64,000 nt of DNA. Origin: Nitrospira sp. (GTDB taxonomy: Bacteria; Nitrospirota; Nitrospiria; Nitrospirales; Nitrospiraceae). The notes under the pieces were generated by a model. That model was given only the letters and a program-made list of their open reading frames with translations, was not told the DNA's origin and did no database searches. Shown piece after piece: positions 58,251 through 64,000 of this stretch. Within the stretch, counting starts at the first letter, position 1. Every line of letters starts with the position of its first letter. Position numbers and translations under genes: made by a program. The stretch is taken from the NCBI GenBank assembly GCA_047150005.1, contig AP038806.1, forward strand, positions 2,816,001 to 2,880,000, written 5' to 3'.

Positions 58251-59516
58251 ATGGCCTCGACACGTCAGTTGTCATTCGCGCAGCTTGAGCAAGCATTCCG
58301 GGAAAAGTCCCGTGAAGTCGATATCTTGCATCGGATCACCGATTCCATCAGCAATACATTGGATCTCGAAGCGGTGCTCAAGCACATCGTCGAGGTTGTG
58401 GTGGAAGTCACCAAGGCCGATGCTTGTCTGCTTTATTTGCTGTCCGACAAGGGTGATGAATTGATTCTTCGAGCGTCGAAAAACCCTCATCCCAAGCTGA
58501 TCGGGCGGATCACCATCGGAATGGGCGAAGGCATCACGGGCTGGGTGGCGCAGGAGCGCACCAGGGTGGTGATTCCGAGCAATGCGAGCGACGATCCGCG
58601 GTTTAAGTTTTTTCACAATCTGCCGGAAGATCGACACCAGGCCTTCGTCTCCGTTCCCATCATGGCAAAGAAGGAAGTGGTCGGCGTCATCAACGTGCAG
58701 CATCGGCGGCCCAAGCGATATCGCCCCGATGAACTGGCATTATTGTCGACAATCGCCAACCAAGTGGGTGGCGCCATTGAGAATGCCCGCTTATACGAGC
58801 AAATGCGACGCAAAGCGTTGCAGGTGGAAACCCTCTCCCAAGTGTCCGAAACCGTCGCGTCGAATCGTCTCATCGAGGACGTCCTCCAGCTGCTGGTGAC
58901 CATGACCGCCCAGATGATGAACTCGAAAATTTGCTCCATCATGCTGCTCGACGGGACCAGCGGAGATCTGCGCATCGAGGCGACGCAGAGTTTGAGTGAA
59001 CTGTACCGTCGCAAGCCCAACTTGAAGATCGGTCAAAGCATTAGCGGGCGTGCGGTTCAGGAGCGCCGGCCGATCATTGTTGCAGATGTGACAAAGGAGC
59101 CGGACTACATGTATCCGGACATGGCAAGGAAGGAAGGGTTGTGCTCGCTCTTGTGCGTTCCGATGCTCGTGCGAGAAAAGGCGGTCGGTGTCATCAACAG
59201 TTATACGTCTGCGCCCTATTCGTTTACGACCGAGGAGGTCAAGCTGCTGCAGGCCATCGCCAACCAAGCGGCGATCGCGATCGAACATACGACCTTGCTT
59301 GAGAAGTCATTTGAAATGCAGGAAGCATTGGCCGTGAGAAAGCTCCTCGATCGTGCCAAAGGCTATCTGATGCGCTCTAAGAAACTGTCCGAACAGGAAG
59401 CCTTCCGGCTTATTCAGCGGCAGAGCATGGATCTGAGGAAGTCAATGCGAGAGATCGCTGAAGCCGTGCTACTGGCGGGAGAACTGGAAGAGCGTGCCGA
59501 CAAACAACGAGGATGA
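58251..59516 (+). CDS. GAF-GAF-ANTAR RNA-binding antiterminator
   Basis: Two GAF repeats (GEGITGWVA...SVPI...VGVINV...IANQVGGAIEN; GQSISGRAV...CVPM...VGVINS...IANQAAIAIEH) and C-terminal ANTAR RKLLDRAKGYLM...LSEQEAFRLIQRQSMDLRKSMREIAEAV. Confidence 0.92.
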   Translation: MASTRQLSFAQLEQAFREKSREVDILHRITDSISNTLDLEAVLKHIVEVVVEVTKADACLLYLLSDKGDELILRASKNPHPKLIGRITIGMGEGITGWVAQERTRVVIPSNASDDPRFKFFHNLPEDRHQAFVSVPIMAKKEVVGVINVQHRRPKRYRPDELALLSTIANQVGGAIENARLYEQMRRKALQVETLSQVSETVASNRLIEDVLQLLVTMTAQMMNSKICSIMLLDGTSGDLRIEATQSLSELYRRKPNLKIGQSISGRAVQERRPIIVADVTKEPDYMYPDMARKEGLCSLLCVPMLVREKAVGVINSYTSAPYSFTTEEVKLLQAIANQAAIAIEHTTLLEKSFEMQEALAVRKLLDRAKGYLMRSKKLSEQEAFRLIQRQSMDLRKSMREIAEAVLLAGELEERADKQRG

Positions 59517-59552
59517 TGCCGCCCGCATTTTTCCATTGCTGCACGTATGACG

Positions 59553-60473
59553 CTACGGGGACTTTGGAGCGCCGGAGGGTTTGGACGGAGTCGACTGCCG
59601 TCGCGCCTCTTGATCTGCTAGTTGACGCTTGATGTCTTCCAGCTCCTTTCTCAGTGCTTCCAGCTCCGGATCCTTCTTGCTCACCTCTCCTGTCTTGGCT
59701 CGTGAGTCCGGAGCCGACGCGGCCGCAGGAGCCGGCGGTACCGGCTGGCTCACGACCTCCGGGCCGGTGTCAAACGGAAGGCCGGCCAGCAACTCGTAAT
59801 CGATAACCAGCGTGGTATCGGTCGAGAGGGAGTCGCGATACTTGTCGTCGCGCTTGGCCGATTCCGGGACAAACATGACGGTGTGATTCAGCAGTCCGGT
59901 ACGGTCAGGGATGCGTCGATTTGGCATATTGATGGTATCGGGTCGCTCAACTCGGTATCGATAGTGAGTCAAGGTCACATAGAGCGATCGTCCGTACGCG
60001 TAGATCGACCCCGCAGTGGTTTCCGGTGGTGCAAGCCGCAACGGAGGCTCGGAGGAACCGACAGCCGCGCCGACCCGTTGAGAATAGACGGGTGCACCTC
60101 GCTGGTTGACCGTGAATCCTACCTGCTGATCCGACGAAGCGCGGCTCAGGCCGTCCGTGATCAACGGAGCCAGGTACGCCACATCGTCTTCCGAGAAGGC
60201 CGGCAGAGCCTCCGACTTGCGGACGCCGATATCTTGCAGAAATCCCTGATTGTCTCTGACCAGTACGCCGCGCAGGACGCGTGATACCGTGCCTGCCGGC
60301 AGCTTGATGGGGTGAGCGGCCTGAAAAGACCGATCAGCGATGCGTTCCAGAACGACTTTGCCGCGATCGGACTCGTTCAGCGTCAGGTCCAGTTCCGGAG
60401 AAGCCGCGCACGCGACCAGGCCAAGCACAGGGGCGACTGCCACGACATGCAGGAAACCGGAACGCAATCCCAT
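59553..60473 (-). CDS. Hypothetical lipoprotein
   Basis: MGLRSGFLHVVAVAPVLGLVAC lipobox; Pro-rich linker and C-terminal coiled coil; start uncertain. Confidence 0.75.
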   Translation of the reverse strand: MGLRSGFLHVVAVAPVLGLVACAASPELDLTLNESDRGKVVLERIADRSFQAAHPIKLPAGTVSRVLRGVLVRDNQGFLQDIGVRKSEALPAFSEDDVAYLAPLITDGLSRASSDQQVGFTVNQRGAPVYSQRVGAAVGSSEPPLRLAPPETTAGSIYAYGRSLYVTLTHYRYRVERPDTINMPNRRIPDRTGLLNHTVMFVPESAKRDDKYRDSLSTDTTLVIDYELLAGLPFDTGPEVVSQPVPPAPAAASAPDSRAKTGEVSKKDPELEALRKELEDIKRQLADQEARRQSTPSKPSGAPKSP

Positions 60474-60571
60474 TCGAGGACCTCGCTCAAACAAACGTCC
60501 GATGCAGTCTAGCATACGACTGCGGCGGACGATACGGAGAGCCTCAGCGTTCGGATTTCGGAAGTATTCGC

Positions 60572-60601
60572 TTGACAGACAGGGCCGTCCGCTTTTATAA
60601 G
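60572..60601 (+). promoter_or_regulatory. Putative sigma70 promoter of the urea uptake operon
   Basis: TTGACA (60572-77), 18 nt, TATAAG (60596-601). Confidence 0.6.
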
Positions 60602-60627
60602 TACGCCCGTCTGACGGTCTCAGTGCG

Positions 60628-60693
60628 GACAAGGGAGTCGGAATTTGGACCGCCGCAGATGAGGACATGAGAAAAGGACAATGGCGTCCTTTT
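60628..60693 (+). promoter_or_regulatory. ANTAR-target dual hexaloop RNA motif
   Basis: P1 GAC-AAGGGA-GTC; P2 AAAAGGAC-AATGGC-GTCCTTTT; both loops have A1 and G4; P2 overlaps the terminator. Confidence 0.8.
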
Positions 60694-60733
60694 GGTCCAT
60701 CAAGTGGGCCGGAAGGACGCTTTTTTTATTTTT
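60684..60733 (+). terminator. Intrinsic terminator (attenuator) in the operon leader
   Basis: GCGTCCTTTTGGTCCAT-CAA-GTGGGCCGGAAGGACGC followed by TTTTTTTATTTTT. Confidence 0.88.
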
Positions 60734-60797
60734 GGTGAAGTTCAATCCCAAACTTCTGGCTATGGCATTGAGTCAACCAAGAGGGAGATCCACTGTT

Positions 60798-62285
60798 ATG
60801 AAGGGCGGAAGAAAACTTCTCCAAATACTCGGAAGCATTGTCGTCGCCGCGTTCATACTGGGACTGTTCGGGACCGTTGCGTTTGCCGCGGATGCCCCGA
60901 GTCCGGGAGAATCAACAGGGGCGGGCCGGAAGTCTCGGGAGATGCATGAGCCACCCCCGTCGCCGTCTTCCTCAGGAAGCGAAGAAGGACAGAGTGCGGG
61001 AGAGGCGGCCGGAGCCGGTCGTCTCTCCCGGGAAACGCAGACCCCTCCCGCGGTGATCTGCGGAGGATGCGTGACCCACACCCATGACTCCCAAGCGAAG
61101 GGCAGCATCGTGCCGTACGGCCGTATCGAATTGGACGGGATCTACAGTACCCGCAATACCAATCCGCTTGATCCCGGTCAATTCAATGGATACGCGACGG
61201 CGGCAGGCAAGAGCAGCAATTCGTCCTCGACGTTCAACCCACGCTACAGTGTTTTCGGCCTCCGCGCCGATCGCACCGACGGAGCCAATGTGATCACCGG
61301 CGTGGTGGAGACGGATTTCTATTCGCAGACGGACAACGCGGGGAACATTTCCCCGCGCCTCCGCCTCGCCTTCGCGCGGTACTCTCCGAACAACAGCAGA
61401 ACAAGTATCACGGCCGGCATGGACTGGACGCCGGTCATGGGTCTGCACCCGAATCTCATCGACTTCTCGATCATGGGTTACAACGGCAACCTCTGGCAAC
61501 GTCTTCCGCAGGTCACGATTCGGCATCAGTTCAGCGAGCACATCGACGCGCTCGTGACAGCATTCCGGTTTGAAAGAGGATTGTCAGCGATTCAACCCCA
61601 GACCCAGCGGCGTCCATTCACAGGCAACGCCGTCGGCGGCTCTCCTCCCGCAGACTGTACTAATCCGTCGGGAAATTTCGCCTGTTCTGAAAACGCGTTC
61701 AACGATCCCGTCCAGATGCCGTACATGGGAACCAGGTTCGGGTACACGGGCACAGGCAAGCTCCAAGGGGTGATGGTGGCGGTGAGCGGCGCCTATCGGT
61801 GGTACCGCTCGGCTCCGACCGCGTCGGTGGGCGGCATCCCATCCGGGCAAGACATCAACTCCTATTTGATCGGTGGGGAATTGGTGGTGCCGATTACCAA
61901 GCAGCTGAAGTTTTCCGGAGAGATTGCCTACGGTCAGGCGCTCGGCGTCGAATTCTTCAGGTATGGCCAGGATCGTAACCTCGGGACCGGCAAACCGATA
62001 CGGACGACCGTGGGGTGGGGTGAACTCGACTATGCGCATGACAAGGATACGACCTTTATTGCCGGATACGGATTCGACAATCCGCTCAATTCCGACTTGA
62101 AGGGGGATGTGGCGGGCCCCGACACGCAGTACCTTCTCAACCATCGCACCTATGTGACGGCCGTCCGTCATATCTGGAGCGATTTCTATGTGTCGTTCGA
62201 ATGGAACCATCTGATGACCGAATGGTCGACCAATGAACGCTTCGCCGGAGACAACTTCATGCTGTCGACCTGGTACAACTTCTAA
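60798..62285 (+). CDS. Outer-membrane porin (DcaP/FmdC-like; probably urea/short-chain amide)
   Basis: Signal peptide ending AFA; PYGRIELD, VETDFY, RLRLAF, WQRLPQ; terminal WYNF; directly upstream of urtA; SD GAGGGAG before ATG 60798. Confidence 0.75.
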   Translation: MKGGRKLLQILGSIVVAAFILGLFGTVAFAADAPSPGESTGAGRKSREMHEPPPSPSSSGSEEGQSAGEAAGAGRLSRETQTPPAVICGGCVTHTHDSQAKGSIVPYGRIELDGIYSTRNTNPLDPGQFNGYATAAGKSSNSSSTFNPRYSVFGLRADRTDGANVITGVVETDFYSQTDNAGNISPRLRLAFARYSPNNSRTSITAGMDWTPVMGLHPNLIDFSIMGYNGNLWQRLPQVTIRHQFSEHIDALVTAFRFERGLSAIQPQTQRRPFTGNAVGGSPPADCTNPSGNFACSENAFNDPVQMPYMGTRFGYTGTGKLQGVMVAVSGAYRWYRSAPTASVGGIPSGQDINSYLIGGELVVPITKQLKFSGEIAYGQALGVEFFRYGQDRNLGTGKPIRTTVGWGELDYAHDKDTTFIAGYGFDNPLNSDLKGDVAGPDTQYLLNHRTYVTAVRHIWSDFYVSFEWNHLMTEWSTNERFAGDNFMLSTWYNF

Positions 62286-62360
62286 GTCACGCGCCGCGCA
62301 TGACGGCGCTCGTCGCCCATGCCCCGGCGTTCACGTTCATCTGGCGAAAGGAATCTGACA

Positions 62361-63722
62361 ATGGACAAGAAGAAGGAGCAGATCAACATCGCGCCAACCG
62401 AATCATCCACGGACGTCTGTCCGTCGCGGCGGGACTTTTTGGTGCAGGGTGCCCGGGTCACGGCCGGTGTCGGTGTGGCGGCTTTGCTTGGGAATCTGGG
62501 TCACTGGGCACTCTCCTATGCGGCGGACAAGGAGCCGATCAAGATCGGCGTGCTTCATTCCCTGAGCGGAACGATGGCGATCAGCGAAGTCTCGCTGCGT
62601 GACGTCGTGCTCATGGCGGTGGACGAAATCAACGCCAAAGGCGGCGTGTTGGGGCGGCAGGTGAAGCCGGTCGTGGTGGATCCGGCTTCCAACTGGGATC
62701 TGTTTGCCGAAAAGGCCAAACAACTCCTGCTTCAGGACAAGGTGTCGGTCGTGTTTGGGTGCTGGACCTCGGTGAGCCGCAAGTCCGTGCTGCCTGTGTT
62801 CGAGAAGAACAACGGATTGCTGTTCTATCCGGTTCAATATGAGGGTGAAGAATGTTCCCGGAACGTGTTCTACACCGGTGCGGCGGTGAATCAACAGGCG
62901 GTGCCGGCCGTGGACTATCTCATGAGCAAGGAGGGGGGCGGCTACAAGAAATTCTACTTGTTGGGGACGGATTACGTGTATCCGCGCACGACGAACAAAA
63001 TCCTCCGCGCCATGATGCTGGCGAAGCATGTTCCGGAAAGCAACATTAGGGAAGAGTACACTCCGTTCCATCACCAGGACTATCAGACCATCGTCGGCAA
63101 GATCAAGAAGTTCGCCGCGGGGGGCGGCGCGGCGGTGATCAGCACCATCAACGGCGACAGCAACGTCCCGTTTTACAAGGAGTTTGCCAATCATGGTTTG
63201 CGCGCCGAGGATGCGCCGATCATGGCGTTCAGCGTGGCGGAAGACGAATTGCGCGGGATGGACACGACCGCGCTGGTCGGGCACTTGGCGGCCTGGAATT
63301 ACTATCAGAGCGTCGATACCCCGCAAAACAAGCAGTTCGTCGCGAACTTTAAGGCCTATTGCAAAAAGAACGGTTTGCCGGACGGTGACAAACGGGTGAC
63401 GGACGATCCGATCGAGGCTGCGTACTTCGGCGTGCACGTGTGGAAGCAGGCGGTCGAGAAGGCCGGCGCCATCGAGGTCGATGCGGTTCGCAAGGCCGCC
63501 TACGGTCAGAAATTCCTCGCGCCGGGCGGCGAGATCATGATGGATGCCGGCAACCACCATACTCACAAGCCGGTGCTCATCGGGGAGATCTTGAAAGACG
63601 GGCAGTTCAAGGTCGTCTCCCGCTCAAAGGGGCTGGTTAAGCCTGAGCCCTGGAGTGAATACACGAACCCGGAGAAGGGCTGCGACTGGATCAGTCATCA
63701 GGGCACCTACCAGAAAAAGTAG
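62361..63722 (+). CDS. urtA: Urea ABC transporter substrate-binding protein
   Basis: Tat signal SRRDFL; GVLHSLSGTMAISE, DPASNWDLFAEKA, FGCWTSVSRK, YPVQYEG, GTDYVYP, NGDSNVPF, AAWNYYQS. Confidence 0.93.
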   Translation: MDKKKEQINIAPTESSTDVCPSRRDFLVQGARVTAGVGVAALLGNLGHWALSYAADKEPIKIGVLHSLSGTMAISEVSLRDVVLMAVDEINAKGGVLGRQVKPVVVDPASNWDLFAEKAKQLLLQDKVSVVFGCWTSVSRKSVLPVFEKNNGLLFYPVQYEGEECSRNVFYTGAAVNQQAVPAVDYLMSKEGGGYKKFYLLGTDYVYPRTTNKILRAMMLAKHVPESNIREEYTPFHHQDYQTIVGKIKKFAAGGGAAVISTINGDSNVPFYKEFANHGLRAEDAPIMAFSVAEDELRGMDTTALVGHLAAWNYYQSVDTPQNKQFVANFKAYCKKNGLPDGDKRVTDDPIEAAYFGVHVWKQAVEKAGAIEVDAVRKAAYGQKFLAPGGEIMMDAGNHHTHKPVLIGEILKDGQFKVVSRSKGLVKPEPWSEYTNPEKGCDWISHQGTYQKK

Positions 63723-63736
63723 CGGGTGGGGTTACG

Positions 63737-63769
63737 GCGGGTGACGCGGGCAACCAGTGCGTCACCCGC
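63737..63769 (+). terminator. Stem-loop after urtA (stabiliser or partial terminator)
   Basis: GCGGGTGACGC / GCGTCACCCGC 11-bp stem followed by TTGTTATGTT. Confidence 0.6.
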
Positions 63770-63796
63770 TTGTTATGTTCGGGAGTTCTCTGAATT

Positions 63797-64000
63797 GTGA
63801 TACGATCGGGCCGGTCCTCGCCACTCTGTGCCGTGCTCCTGCTGCTGTGCTTCGTTCATGATCGCGCTGCGGCGATTGAACCTCAGCCTACTCCCGCTCC
63901 CAGTTCGTCGCTCGATCAGGCTTTGACGCAGCTCACCAGCGACGATGAGACCGTCCGCGAGACGGCGCTCCAGACGGTGATCGAGCAGGGGGATGTCGGC
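63797..64000 (+). CDS. urtB: Probable 5' end of urea ABC permease UrtB (truncated by the window edge)
   Basis: Hand translation MIRSGRSSPLCAVLLLLCFVHDRAAAIEPQ...LTSDDETVRETALQTV; signal peptide and periplasmic helical start; assigned by synteny only. Confidence 0.55.
   Translation, partial: MIRSGRSSPLCAVLLLLCFVHDRAAAIEPQPTPAPSSSLDQALTQLTSDDETVRETALQTVIEQGDVG

Noticed and set aside
60667..60797. Upstream in-frame ATG 60681 for the porin and a 23-codon uORF from 60667 as a leader peptide
   Set aside because: Both lie within the ANTAR hairpin/terminator with poor SD spacing; ATG 60798 has a proper SD and signal peptide
62286..62360. Second ANTAR site between porin and urtA
   Set aside because: Hairpin GCGCCG/CGGCGC present, but no A1/G4 hexaloop pair and no terminator

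Overview
A 64-kb core-genome window from a moderately high-GC diderm bacterium; gene content and protein style suggest Nitrospira/Nitrospirota (inference, no search run). 1-12.3 kb: ABC exporter genes, rlpA, two HEAT-repeat proteins, alpha-glucan phosphorylase, a UvrD/PcrA helicase and several hypotheticals, one with a HExxH motif. 12.5-46.5 kb: an uninterrupted translation/transcription supercluster (tRNA-Tyr/Gly/Thr, tuf, rpmG, tRNA-Trp, secE, nusG, rplKA, rplJL, rpoBC, rpsLG, fusA, second tuf, S10, spc and alpha operons). 46.7-58.2 kb: lptCAB-rpoN-hpf-rapZ, pilMNOPQ, aroB. 58.2-64 kb: a GAF-GAF-ANTAR regulator, a lipoprotein and the start of a porin-urtA-urtB urea uptake operon. Most notable: (1) an apparently complete ANTAR antitermination circuit, with two AxxGxx-hexaloop hairpins, the second overlapping an intrinsic terminator in the urea-operon leader, next to a GAF-GAF-ANTAR gene; (2) rplJ has no stop codon and runs in frame into rplL, which keeps its own SD and ATG; (3) a family of intergenic elements built from tandem 7-mers followed by their inverted copies, with three unrelated unit sequences; (4) a ~59-nt structured repeat starting right after the CCA of both tRNAs that precede a protein gene; (5) EF-Tu with a non-canonical switch I. 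No mobile element, CRISPR array or rRNA was seen.
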